Part shown: positions 43,598-53,599 of the stretch, one piece after another
Layout: the number at the start of each line of letters is the position of its first letter
How positions within the stretch are numbered: the first letter of the stretch is position 1
Origin: Agrobacterium sp.
GTDB taxonomy: Bacteria > Pseudomonadota > Alphaproteobacteria > Rhizobiales > Rhizobiaceae
Length of the DNA: 64,000 bases
Direction: 5' to 3'
Assembly: GCA_034519725.1 (NCBI GenBank)
Contig: JAXHOC010000024.1
Span: 7,410 to 71,409 of the forward strand
Notes under the pieces: model-generated
What the model saw: the letters and a program-made list of their open reading frames with translations, nothing else
Told to the model about the DNA's origin: nothing
Databases searched by the model: none
Position numbers and translations under genes: made by a program

Positions 43598-44044
43598 ATG
43601 GACGATATCTACAACAACAGAATTCTGGAGTTTGCCGGAAATATTCCACTGACCGGCGTGCTTGACGATGCCGATGCCAGCGCGGAAAAACACTCGCGGC
43701 TGTGCGGCTCCAAACTCAAGGTCTATCTGAAGGTCGAAGACGGCATCGTTACGGCTTTTTCGCACGAGGTTCGTGCCTGTGCGCTCGGCCAGGCATCCGC
43801 CTCGATCATGGCGCATCACGTCGTCGGCGCCTCCAGCGGTGAAATCCGCCAGGCGCGGGAAGACATGCTCGCGATGCTGAAACAGGGCGGCGAGGGGCCG
43901 ACGGGCCGTTTCGAGGATATGCGGGTGCTTTCCCCCGTCCGGGATTTCAAGGCCCGCCACGCCTCGACCATGCTGACCTTCGAAGCTGTCGTCGATGCAC
44001 TCGACCAGATCGAAGCCCGGCCGGTTCTGAACGCTGCGGGTTAG
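43598..44044 (+). CDS. NifU/IscU-like Fe-S scaffold protein
   Basis: SRLCGS, ACALGQAS. Confidence 0.85.
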   Translation: MDDIYNNRILEFAGNIPLTGVLDDADASAEKHSRLCGSKLKVYLKVEDGIVTAFSHEVRACALGQASASIMAHHVVGASSGEIRQAREDMLAMLKQGGEGPTGRFEDMRVLSPVRDFKARHASTMLTFEAVVDALDQIEARPVLNAAG

Positions 44045-44047
44045 GCG

Positions 44048-44407
44048 ATGTGCGGCGAACCGGAGTGCGGACATCAGAAGACGGCGCAGAAGATCGGGCG
44101 ATCCCGCAACTGGGCAGGGTCCTTTGCGAAGACGCCGGGTCGTCTTTTCGGCGTCGGCTTCATCCGGCTCTATCAGCTGACCCTGTCGGGTTTCGTCGGC
44201 AATTCCTGTCGCCACATCCCCACCTGCTCCGAATATGGCTATGAGGCCATTGCCCGCCACGGGCTTTGGCCGGGCGGCTGGATGACGTTGTTTCGTGTCG
44301 CGCGCTGCGGGCCGGGCGGCACCAGCGGGCTCGACCCGGTGCCGGAAACGCTGACTGCCGACAAACACTGGTGGACGCCGTGGCGGTATTGGATGCGGCA
44401 TCGATGA
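44048..44407 (+). CDS. yidD: membrane protein insertion efficiency factor
   Basis: IRLYQ, CRHIPTCSEY, RCGPGG. Confidence 0.88.
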   Translation: MCGEPECGHQKTAQKIGRSRNWAGSFAKTPGRLFGVGFIRLYQLTLSGFVGNSCRHIPTCSEYGYEAIARHGLWPGGWMTLFRVARCGPGGTSGLDPVPETLTADKHWWTPWRYWMRHR

Positions 44408-44925
44408 CCCATGTGGCTCTGCTGCACAGCATCGTGCTTGGCGCCGGCAGGCGGCTGATCATGGCCGATCTGCGGGAAATGGCGCAGGAGTTGGGTTTTG
44501 AAGGGTGCCGGACGCTGGTTGCGACCGGAAATCTGGTCTTCCGGGCAGCGGAGGCCCCTGTTTGCGAGATTGAGGCGACGCTGGAGCGCGCCTTTGAAAA
44601 ACGGTTCGGCAAACATGTCGATATTCTCGTTCGCCGGGCTCCCGATTGGCTCACCCTCACTGCCATGAACCCGTTTCCTGATGGCAATCCGGCGGATGTC
44701 TGCATAAGGGTGATGCGCGCGCCGCTTGGCGGCGAGGTTCTCGGATTTCTGGAGACGTACCGCCGGAAGGAAAAGATCGCCCTCGTTGGCGGTGACCTGT
44801 GGATCGACTTTTGCGGCAAGCCGAGCGAAAGCCGGCTTCTGTCTGCGCTGACGACCAAAAGGCTTGGGATCGGGACGACCCGCAACGCCAATACCGTCAA
44901 TGGAATTGCCGAAATGCTTCGCTGA
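44404..44925 (+). CDS. DUF1697 family protein
   Basis: HVALL, TLVATGNLVF, TTRNANT. Confidence 0.85.
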   Translation: MTHVALLHSIVLGAGRRLIMADLREMAQELGFEGCRTLVATGNLVFRAAEAPVCEIEATLERAFEKRFGKHVDILVRRAPDWLTLTAMNPFPDGNPADVCIRVMRAPLGGEVLGFLETYRRKEKIALVGGDLWIDFCGKPSESRLLSALTTKRLGIGTTRNANTVNGIAEMLR

Positions 44926-45056
44926 GCGGCCGTTCACCTTTGACTGGAACGGGAAAATTCTTTATCAGCCTGCCTGCCCATCTCTAAAAGCGGGCGTTCA
45001 TTTTATTCCAACACCACCCGCATTCGTTGGCGGGACTGGATCAGGAGCATTCGACC

Positions 45057-47070
45057 ATGTCACAAACCGTTTCCCTTACATTTCCCGATGGTTCCGTACG
45101 GAGCTATCCCGCCGGCACGACCGGCCGCGAGGTCGCCGAATCCATCTCCAAATCACTTGCGAAGAAGGCTGTCGCCATTGGGCTTGATGGCACTCTGCGC
45201 GATTTGTCCGAGGCCGTCACCGATGGCAAAATAGAGATCGTCACGCGGGATGACAGCCGCGCGCTGGAACTCATCCGCCACGATGCCGCCCACGTCATGG
45301 CCGAGGCCGTGCAGGAGCTGTGGCCCGGCACGCAGGTGACGATCGGCCCGGTCATCGAAAACGGCTTCTATTACGACTTTGCCAAGAACGAACCTTTCAC
45401 GCCGGAAGATCTGCCGAAGATCGAAAAGCGGATGAAGGAGATCATTCAGCGCAACAAGCCGTTTACCCGCGAAGTCTGGTCGCGCGAGAAGGCGAAGCAA
45501 GTCTTTGCCGCCAAGGGCGAGAACTACAAGGTCGAGCTGGTCGATGCCATTCCCGAAGGTCAGGACCTGAATATCTATTATCAGGGCGACTGGTTCGATC
45601 TTTGCCGCGGCCCGCATATGGCCTCCACCGGTCAGGTTGGCACCGCCTTCAAGCTGATGAAGGTGGCCGGCGCCTATTGGCGTGGCGACAGCAACAATGC
45701 GATGCTGTCGCGCATCTACGGCACCGCCTGGGCGACGCAGGAAGAGTTGGACAATGTGCCCATGCGTCTGGCTGAAGCCGAAAAGCGCGACCATCGCCGT
45801 CTTGGCCGCGAAATGGACCTGTTCCATTTCCAGGAAGAAGGTCCGGGCGTCGTGTTCTGGCACGGCAAGGGCTGGCGCATGTCTCCTAGAGTCGTCGCTG
45901 ACGGCCTTTGCAGTGCGCCGGCGTCTTGCCAATACCTATCAGGAAGTCAACGCGCCGCAGATCCTCGACAAGTCGCTGTGGGAAACCTCCGGTCACTGGG
46001 GCTGGTATCAGGAAAACATGTTCGCGGTGAAATCCGCCCATGCCTTTACCCATCCCGATGACGAGGATGCCGATCAGCGCGTCTTTGCCCTGAAGCCGAT
46101 GAACTGCCCCGGCCACGTGCAGATCTTCAAGCATGGCTTGAAGTCTTACCGCGAAATGCCGGTTCGCCTTGCGGAATTCGGCAATGTCCATCGTTATGAG
46201 GCATCCGGTGCATTGCACGGCCTGATGCGCGTTCGCGGCTTTACGCAGGACGATGCGCATGTGTTCTGCACGGAAGAGCAGATGGCGGCGGAATGCCTGC
46301 GCATCAACGATCTGATCCTCTCCGTCTATGAGGATTTCGGTTTCAGCGAGGTCGTCGTCAAGCTTTCGACCCGCCCGGAAAAGCGCGTCGGTTCCGACGA
46401 TCTGTGGGATCGCGCCGAAAGCGTGATGCTGGAGGTTCTGAAGACCATCGAGGAACAGTCCGGCGGCCGCATCAAGACCGGCATCCTGCCGGGCGAGGGC
46501 GCTTTCTACGGGCCGAAGTTCGAATATACGCTGAAGGACGCCATCGGCCGTGAATGGCAGTGCGGCACCACGCAGGTGGACTTCAACCTGCCGGAGCGGT
46601 TCGGTGCCTTCTATATCGACCAGAATTCCGAAAAGACGCAGCCGGTGATGATCCATCGCGCCATCTGCGGCTCGATGGAACGCTTCCTCGGTATCCTGAT
46701 CGAGAACTTTGCCGGCCACATGCCCCTGTGGTTCGCGCCGCTTCAGGTGGTCGTCGCGACGATCACCTCGGATGCCGACGATTATGGCCGCGAGGTTGCC
46801 GAAGCACTGCGCGAGGCTGGCATGGCGGTCGAGACCGACTTCCGCAACGAGAAGATCAACTACAAGGTTCGCGAACACTCGGTGACCAAGGTTCCGGTCA
46901 TCATCGTCTGCGGCCGCAAGGAAGCGGAAGAACGCACCGTCAACATCCGCCGTCTCGGTTCGCAGAACCAGACGCCGATGTCGCTCGAAGACGCGATTAC
47001 CAGCCTCGTGGACGAGGCGACACCGCCGGATGTGAAGCGCAAGCTTGCGGCGAAGAAGAAGTTGCATGGG
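45057..47070 (+). CDS. thrS: threonyl-tRNA synthetase (frameshift ~45880-45915; natural stop lost near 47065, end approximate)
   Basis: TGS domain, [31 protein letters not shown]. Confidence 0.96.
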
Positions 47071-47130
47071 AAGAGAGACGGATCTGCCTTCGGGGCCGTT
47101 TTTTCGTTTGCGGGGCATCCGTGCCGCTGG

Positions 47131-47243
47131 CCACCCCGGACTGGATCCGGGGTCCAGTGCGATCAAGTCCTTGATCGCGAAAGACGTTTTTCACTGCGCA
47201 GACGCGCCGTGGCTGGATGCCGGATCAAGTCCGGCATGACGGA
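47131..47243. repeat. ~115-bp composite palindromic element (CCGG subtype)
   Basis: CACCCCGGACTGGATCCGGGGTCCA..GCGATCAAGTCCTTGATCGC..CAGACGCGCC..TGGATGCCGGATCAAGTCCGGCATGACGGA. Confidence 0.88.
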
Positions 47244-47293
47244 TGAGAGGTTTTCGGGCCTTGCCGCTGGCCTCGCGATGAGTTCAATCGAGG

Positions 47294-48297
47294 CTACTCG
47301 AAATCGCCGGTCATGTCTTCCGGCGTCTGATCCTTCATCAGCACTTCCACATCGGCGTCCCGGCCGGAGGTGACCTTGAAGTTGCGCTGGTAGGCCTTGT
47401 CCTTGTTGCGCTTTCGCGAGTAGCGGTATTCGCCTTCCGCCAGAACCATGGTCGAAAACGCGCTGACGCTTTCGTTGACCACGTCGCCGCCGCCGTTCAG
47501 CACCGACCAGGCCGTATCGGCGATGGCTTCGCCGCCCTGTTCGGAGACGAGCTTGAGGGTGATCTGTGCCGCCTGATGCTGCAGGGTCGCTTCGGTCAGC
47601 TTGCCTGCCTCCACCTGAATATCTGCGCGCACCACGGCATTGACGTTGCCGTATTCGGAAACGACATGATAGGTGCCGGCATTGAGGCGCACGACGGTAT
47701 TCGGAACTTGATGTGAGCCCAGCGACAAGCCCGCGCAGCCGCCATCCGGCCGGTACGCTCTGAGGAATAGACGGAAAATTTGAGCTGGTTTGCGGAAATC
47801 TGCTTGTCGGAACCGGCAATCGCGTTCAGCACGAAACCGCCGGCGTCGAGAATGAGCACCTGTTTCTGGACATTGCCTGATGTTGGAACATTGAGTTTCT
47901 TGGTGACGCCTGCGCGCCCGAAGGCAACGTTGACGAAATATTCGCCGGGTACCAGATGGAACTGCGCCGAACCGCCCTCGGAGCTTGCCAGCATCGGCAA
48001 TTTGCCGTCAGCGCCGGGAATGGGGCTGAAGACGCGCCAGGACAGGCCTTCCTTCACCGCTTCGCCTTCGCTGGTCAGCTTTGCTTCCATGGCGATATCG
48101 CGGGCATTGCTTGCGGGAGCATCGGGGGCGGAAGGGGCGGTGAAAGCGTTGAGTTTCGGCATTTTCGGCGTGCCGCCCAGCTGCTTGAAGTCCTTGAAAG
48201 CGTCCTGTGACAACGCTGTCTGCGATAAAACGCCGGTCGCGGCGAACACGATCGCCAGACGTGTCGCGAATTTGGCCACGAATTTCATTGCCGACAT
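47294..48297 (-). CDS. exported hypothetical protein with repeated beta-rich domains, broken or garbled at ~47710-47760
   Basis: Signal peptide; repeated L..G.Y.V motifs ([22 protein letters not shown]) across two ORFs. Confidence 0.7.
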
Positions 48298-48407
48298 TTT
48301 CGATACCGATTGACTTCTTGATTTTCCCGCATCACTTCAAAACCAATGCCGTGGCTATTTCAAGGCCCATAATTTCGCGATGACAGTAGAATGGAAGAAT
48401 TTTGATC

Positions 48408-49008
48408 ATGACAAGTGACATCAAGCTCCTCGACTATCTCAAGGTTCGCCGCTCCACCCCCGCTTTGCAGCTTGCCGAGCCGGGTCCATCGAAAGCGGAA
48501 ATCGAGGAAATCCTGCGCCTTGCCGTGCGCGTGCCGGATCACGGCAAGCTGGCGCCGTGGCGTTTCATCGTGTATCGCGGCGAAGATCGCGTGCGTCTGG
48601 GTGAGGAAGCGCTGCGGATCGCGCTCGAGAAGAACCCGGAACTGGACCTTCAGCAGCAGGATGCGGAGCGCACCTGAAGCCTTCACCTGGCGCGCTCTGC
48701 GTCGTCATCGCCGCCATCAGCACCGCCAAGCCGCCGTGAAGCTTTGGCGAGATTCCTGAATGGGAACAGGTCATGTCCTTGCCGGTGCGGTGTGCCTCAA
48801 CCTCCTCTTCGCCGCCAATGCCAATGGTTATGCGGCAAACTGGCTCACCGAATGGCTTGCCTTCGACCAGACCTTCCTGTCGGAACTGGGGATTGGCGCA
48901 GACGAGAAGGTCGCCGGATATATTCATATCGGCTCGACGACATTCCCGGCGGTGGAGCGGCCCCGGCCGGAGCTTGCCGATGTTGTCACCTGGGTTGGGG
49001 ACGTCTGA
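48408..49008 (+). CDS. nitroreductase family (YdjA-like), garbled at ~48670-48775
   Basis: [16 protein letters not shown]; downstream part [14 protein letters not shown]. Confidence 0.85.
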
Positions 49009-49620
49009 TGTTTTACACCACCGACACCAACCAGCACGGCCTGCCGCACGATCCGTTCAAGGCCATCGTCGCGCCCCGGCCTATCGGCTGGATCGGCTCG
49101 AAGGGCCGGGACGGCTCTCTCAACCTGTCGCCCTATTCGTTTTTCAACGCGATTTCGGACCGGCCGAAGCTTTGTGATGTTTTCCTCCAGCGGCCGCAAG
49201 GACAGCCTGCGCAATGTCGAGGAAACAGGTGTCTTCACCGCCAACCTCGTCAGCCGCCACCTGGTCGACCGGATGAATGCATCTTCCGCGCCGGTGGATT
49301 ATGGTGTCGATGAATTCGCCCTTGCCGGTCTGACCGCCGTTGACGGGCGGGTGGTGGATGCGCCTTTCGTCGGCGAGGCGCTCGCGGTTCTGGAGTGCCG
49401 CGTCACCGAAATCATCCAGTTGAAGGATATCGACGGCAAGCCGGCGGATTCCTGGATGGTGATCGGGCAGGTCAGGGCAATTCACATCGACGATGCGATC
49501 ATTCGCGATGGCCGCATCGATATGGGGCTTGCGCGTCCGGTGGCGCGCATGGGTTATATGGATTATTGCGACGGCGGCACCGACGTGTTCCAGTTGAAGC
49601 GTCCGTCTACCGCGCCGTAG
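49008..49620 (+). CDS. flavin reductase-like (DIM6/NTAB) protein, frameshift ~49172
   Basis: APRPIGWI, NLSPYSFFN, KDSLRNVEETG, ARMGY. Confidence 0.88.
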
Positions 49621-49747
49621 AACTTCTTTGCCGGCAACCGTTAAATTTTATGGTGAACCAAACGTAAACCATTTGCGCCTAGAGTTTTATACATGGTGGC
49701 GGCAATGATGCCGTCAGCCATTGTTGCGAATGTGTTTCGAGGCTCAG

Positions 49748-50884
49748 GTGATCGTACAGGCATTTCTTCGCTGGTCTGAAAAGGCTGGATCGACCGAGCG
49801 GGCGAAAGCCGCCAATGCTCTTGGCCGTGCCTTTCTGCAGTCCGATATGGCCCGCGAGAACCGCGACGCCGCCTATATGGCTATGACCTATCTTCTTGAC
49901 GACCCTTCGCCGCGCGTGCGGCTGGCGCTTGCCGAGGCGCTGGCGGATGACCCCGATGCCCCGCGCGCCATCATGGTTTCGCTTGCCGAAGACCAGCCGG
50001 AAATCGCCTGCACGGTGATTGCCCGTTCGCCGGTTCTCAGCGAAGCCGATCTTGTCGATCTTGCCGGGCGTGGCGAAAGCCTGACGCGCGCCTTTATCGC
50101 CGCAAGGCGGGGCCTGCCGCGCGGGGTTTGCGCCGCACTTGCCGAAGTCGGCGATCTGCCGGAAACGCTGATCCTTCTTGAGAATGACGACGCCTTCATC
50201 ACACCATTTTCGCTGCGCCGCATTGCCGAGCGCCATGGCTGCAACGCCGATATCCGCGACCTGCTGCTGTGCCGCGAGGTGCTGCCCGCCGATGCCCGCC
50301 ATCTTCTGATGGCGCGTGTCAGCGAGGCCCTGGCGGGTTCGGCACTGGTTCATGCGCTGGTCACGCGCAACCGCGCCGACAGTATTTTCCGCGAGGCCGA
50401 AGATTCCGCCACGATCCTCATCGCCGCCAATGTTTCCTCGCCTGAATTGCCGGCGCTGGTGGAGCATCTGCGGCAAAGGCTGGAACTGACCCCGGCGCTG
50501 CTCATCCATGCCGTCTGTTCGGGCCGGCTGGAATTTTTCACGGCGGCGATGGTCAATCTCTCCGGCCTAGACGACCGCAAGGTGCGCGCCATTCTGGCGA
50601 CCGGACGGCCGCATGCGCTGAAGGCGCTGTTCCAGTCCGTCGGTCTTTTGGGTGATGTCGTCGATGTCTTCATCGAGGCGACACTGATGTGGCGCCGCGC
50701 CGCCCGCTCGCATCTGTCGCAGGCCGCAGCCTCGGTTTGCGCCGAACTGCTGGCGCATTTCCGCAATGTCGACGGTTCCGAAACGCTGTTCGAACTGCTG
50801 CACGCCGTGCGTAAACTGACCATTGCCGAGGAACGGCAGAAGGCGCGGCATTATGCGGAAGCGCTGACGGTCGAGGCGGCCTGA
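49748..50884 (+). CDS. DUF2336 domain protein
   Basis: LLDDPSPRVRLALAEAL, SPVLSEADL, LTPALLIHA; probable GTG start. Confidence 0.85.
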   Translation: MIVQAFLRWSEKAGSTERAKAANALGRAFLQSDMARENRDAAYMAMTYLLDDPSPRVRLALAEALADDPDAPRAIMVSLAEDQPEIACTVIARSPVLSEADLVDLAGRGESLTRAFIAARRGLPRGVCAALAEVGDLPETLILLENDDAFITPFSLRRIAERHGCNADIRDLLLCREVLPADARHLLMARVSEALAGSALVHALVTRNRADSIFREAEDSATILIAANVSSPELPALVEHLRQRLELTPALLIHAVCSGRLEFFTAAMVNLSGLDDRKVRAILATGRPHALKALFQSVGLLGDVVDVFIEATLMWRRAARSHLSQAAASVCAELLAHFRNVDGSETLFELLHAVRKLTIAEERQKARHYAEALTVEAA

Positions 50885-50886
50885 GG

Positions 50887-51318
50887 TTACTTCTCGAACC
50901 GCTTGGCAATCCACGAATAGCTGTTTTCCACCATTCTGACCGGCGTTCCGAGCAGGTGCTTCACGCCTTCGGTGGAGGGCAGGATGCGGCTGACGCGGCT
51001 GATCGCCTGTTTCGTCAGGCTCTCTTCTTCCTTCTGCGTGACCTCTCCGGTTGGCTGCTGCGTTCCGGCAGGCGCGGTGGCGGCCGGAGGCTGCGCGGGC
51101 GCGTTGCCCGCGGTCTGCGGTGTCTGCTCGCCCGGTGTCTGGCACACGGCCACCACGACCGGGTAGGACGCATTGGCGTAACGTTCCAGCTCCTGTTCCG
51201 ACACGGCGTCGCACAGTTCGATGCTCGTCCAGCGCTGCTGCGAGGTGGCGAGGTAATGGCAATCGGTGGCTGTGTCGTCACAGCCAAGGAAGGTCATGAG
51301 AACGAGGGCTGTTTTCAT
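50887..51318 (-). CDS. hypothetical Cys-containing exported protein
   Basis: MKTALVLMTFLGCDD..DC, four Cys, P/A/Q linker. Confidence 0.7.
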   Translation of the reverse strand: MKTALVLMTFLGCDDTATDCHYLATSQQRWTSIELCDAVSEQELERYANASYPVVVAVCQTPGEQTPQTAGNAPAQPPAATAPAGTQQPTGEVTQKEEESLTKQAISRVSRILPSTEGVKHLLGTPVRMVENSYSWIAKRFEK

Positions 51319-51417
51319 GGTGCGTGTTGCCTCTGTCGGGAATTATGCTCTAGAAACTAATCTATCCCGATTGCAGTGACATTACGACGAAATACGCATT
51401 TTTTGAGAGAAACAGGC

Positions 51418-51879
51418 ATGGCATTGGCCCCCGAAATCAAGCTTGAAACACCCCGCCAGGAAGCAGTTCTGCGCCTTATCGATCTGTCGAACACCTATAT
51501 GGCATCGCTTTATCCCGCCGAAAGCAATCATCTCGTGGATATCGGCCAGCTGGAAAAGGACAATGTTTCCTTTTTTGTGGCCCGGCATGAGGGCCGCGTC
51601 GTCGGCTGCGGCGCGCTGGTGGAGGCCGGTGATGGCACGGCGGAGGTCAAGCGCATGTTCGTCGATCCGGAGGCGCGGGGATTGCGGATCGGCAAGCTGA
51701 TCATGGATACGCTGATTGCCCACGGCGCCGAGCTTGGGCTTGCCGCCATCCGGCTTGAAACCGGCATCAGCCAGCCGGAAGCGATCGGTCTTTACCGCAA
51801 GGCGGGGTTTGTCGAGATCGAGGCATTTCCGCCCTACAAGCCGGACCCGCTCAGCCTGTTCATGGAGAAGAGGCTTTAA
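51418..51879 (+). CDS. GNAT acetyltransferase (YsnE-like)
   Basis: YPAESNH, EVKRMFV..ARGLRIG, LETGI.QPEA. Confidence 0.9.
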   Translation: MALAPEIKLETPRQEAVLRLIDLSNTYMASLYPAESNHLVDIGQLEKDNVSFFVARHEGRVVGCGALVEAGDGTAEVKRMFVDPEARGLRIGKLIMDTLIAHGAELGLAAIRLETGISQPEAIGLYRKAGFVEIEAFPPYKPDPLSLFMEKRL

Positions 51880-51949
51880 GGCGAAGGCATAGATTTGCCT
51901 GATGGACTGGCGATGTGGACATTTAAGACGTTGCCATAACATCCACCCA

Positions 51950-52064
51950 CGTCACCCCGGACTAGATCCGGGGTCCAGCGCGATCAAGTCCTTGATCGCA
52001 ATAGACTCTTTTCACGGCGCAGACGCGCCGTGACTGGATGCCGGATCAGGTCCGGCATGACGGA
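51950..52064. repeat. ~115-bp composite palindromic element (CCGG subtype)
   Basis: Near-identical architecture to the 47131 copy. Confidence 0.88.
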
Positions 52065-52134
52065 GGAGATGTAAACGATCTTGGTCTGCCATCCGGCGTT
52101 TCAGGCAATCGCCCTTCACCGCAGGCTTCAGCAA

Positions 52135-53370
52135 TCAGAACGCGGCTTTCCGGAAAGCCGTCGTTTCGCTGCCATCGTCTTCACGCGCAACGGTGCCGTC
52201 GAGGTCGTTTTCAGGCATAGGGGCCGGTGGAACATCGAGGCTGGTGCCAGCGGAGATTTCCACTTCACGCACCCATTCGCGCCAGATCGCCACCAGCAGC
52301 GCCATCAGCACCGGGCCGATGAACAGGCCGAGGAAGCCCATGGTCTTGACGCCGCCGATCAGGCCGAAGAACGTCGGCAGGAAGGGCAGCTTGATCGGGC
52401 CGCCGACCAGTTTCGGGCGGATGGTCTTGTCGACGATGAAAAGCTCGACCGAACCCCAGATGAATAGTCCAAGCCCAAAGGCCGGAGAGCCGCTGGCGAC
52501 CAGATAGATCGATACCAGCGTGAAGGAGAGCGGCGCGCCGCCGGGAATGAGCGCCATGACGCCGGTGAGCACGCCGAGCGTGACGGGCGAGGGCACGCCG
52601 GCGATCCAGTAGGCGATGCCGAGGATGATGCCTTCGCCGATGGCGATCAGCGTCATGCCTGTCACGGTGGAGCTGATGGTGGCGGGCACGACGCGGGAGA
52701 TGCGCTCCCACCGCGTCGGCAGGATGCGTTCTCCGACAAGATCGACCTGATGGGAGAAGCTGGCACCGTTGCGATAGACGAAGAACAGCGCGATCAGCAT
52801 GAACAGCAGGGTGAGCACGAGGTGGAACGCGCCGTTGCCTGCGGCGAGGATCGCCCGGTAGATATTGCCGATATTGGCACCGCTGACGAGCTGGATCACT
52901 TCACCGATTGCACCCGGCGTGCCGATATATTTCACCCATTGCTCGCCGAGCCACGACCCTACGCCTGGCAGCGCCGCGATCCAGTCCGGCACCGGAGCGC
53001 CCACCTTGTTGACATGCACCGCCCAGCCGAACCATTCGCGGATTTCGCTGGCCGTATAGGAGGCGGCAATGAAGATCGGCACGACGAGGAAGGCGAGGAT
53101 GAGGATGATGGCGATGGAGGCGCCGAGCGTGGTATTGCCACCCACCTGGCGCAGAAGCCGCGTATAAACGGGCCAGCTGGCGAAACCGATGACGAGGGCA
53201 GCGAGAACCGGAACCAGAAAGCCATGGAAGAAATAGATGCCGGCAAGAGCGACGAGAACGAGCAGCCAGCGCGCAGCCGATATTGGCGGGATCAGGGCGA
53301 TCCGCGTCGGGCTGGCGGGACCAAGCCATCTCGGTTCGCCACTGGGCTTACGGCTGTCAATATTACTCAC
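52135..53370 (-). CDS. AI-2E (PerM) family transporter
   Basis: Multiple TM segments, DKTIRPKLVG, GFLGLFIGP. Confidence 0.9.
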   Translation of the reverse strand: MSNIDSRKPSGEPRWLGPASPTRIALIPPISAARWLLVLVALAGIYFFHGFLVPVLAALVIGFASWPVYTRLLRQVGGNTTLGASIAIILILAFLVVPIFIAASYTASEIREWFGWAVHVNKVGAPVPDWIAALPGVGSWLGEQWVKYIGTPGAIGEVIQLVSGANIGNIYRAILAAGNGAFHLVLTLLFMLIALFFVYRNGASFSHQVDLVGERILPTRWERISRVVPATISSTVTGMTLIAIGEGIILGIAYWIAGVPSPVTLGVLTGVMALIPGGAPLSFTLVSIYLVASGSPAFGLGLFIWGSVELFIVDKTIRPKLVGGPIKLPFLPTFFGLIGGVKTMGFLGLFIGPVLMALLVAIWREWVREVEISAGTSLDVPPAPMPENDLDGTVAREDDGSETTAFRKAAF

Positions 53371-53599
53371 GGCAGGCTCTTTCTCGCATTCTCCCCGAAA
53401 GGTGCATTCACTCTGTCACACCGATACATATAAGTGCAATATAACCGGATCACATTACCGTTGTGTGTTTATCGCTTAGCCTATTGAACGATTTTGGTAA
53501 AAATAGAACATCGGTCTTGGCGTGCGGATTGAAATATGACAATTGAACTCCGTTTTTATTGCGGCCTTCGCCTGCCGCCCCCGCTCTTCAGGTCATGCC

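Noticed and set aside
47070-47373. C-terminal extension of ThrRS
   Set aside because: It translates a terminator and a repeat and overlaps a convergent gene; a lost stop codon explains it.
49640-49670. CtrA site upstream of DUF2336 (also TCAA-N7-TTAA at 32293-32307)
   Set aside because: One to two mismatches in short AT-rich motifs; plausible but too weak to call.
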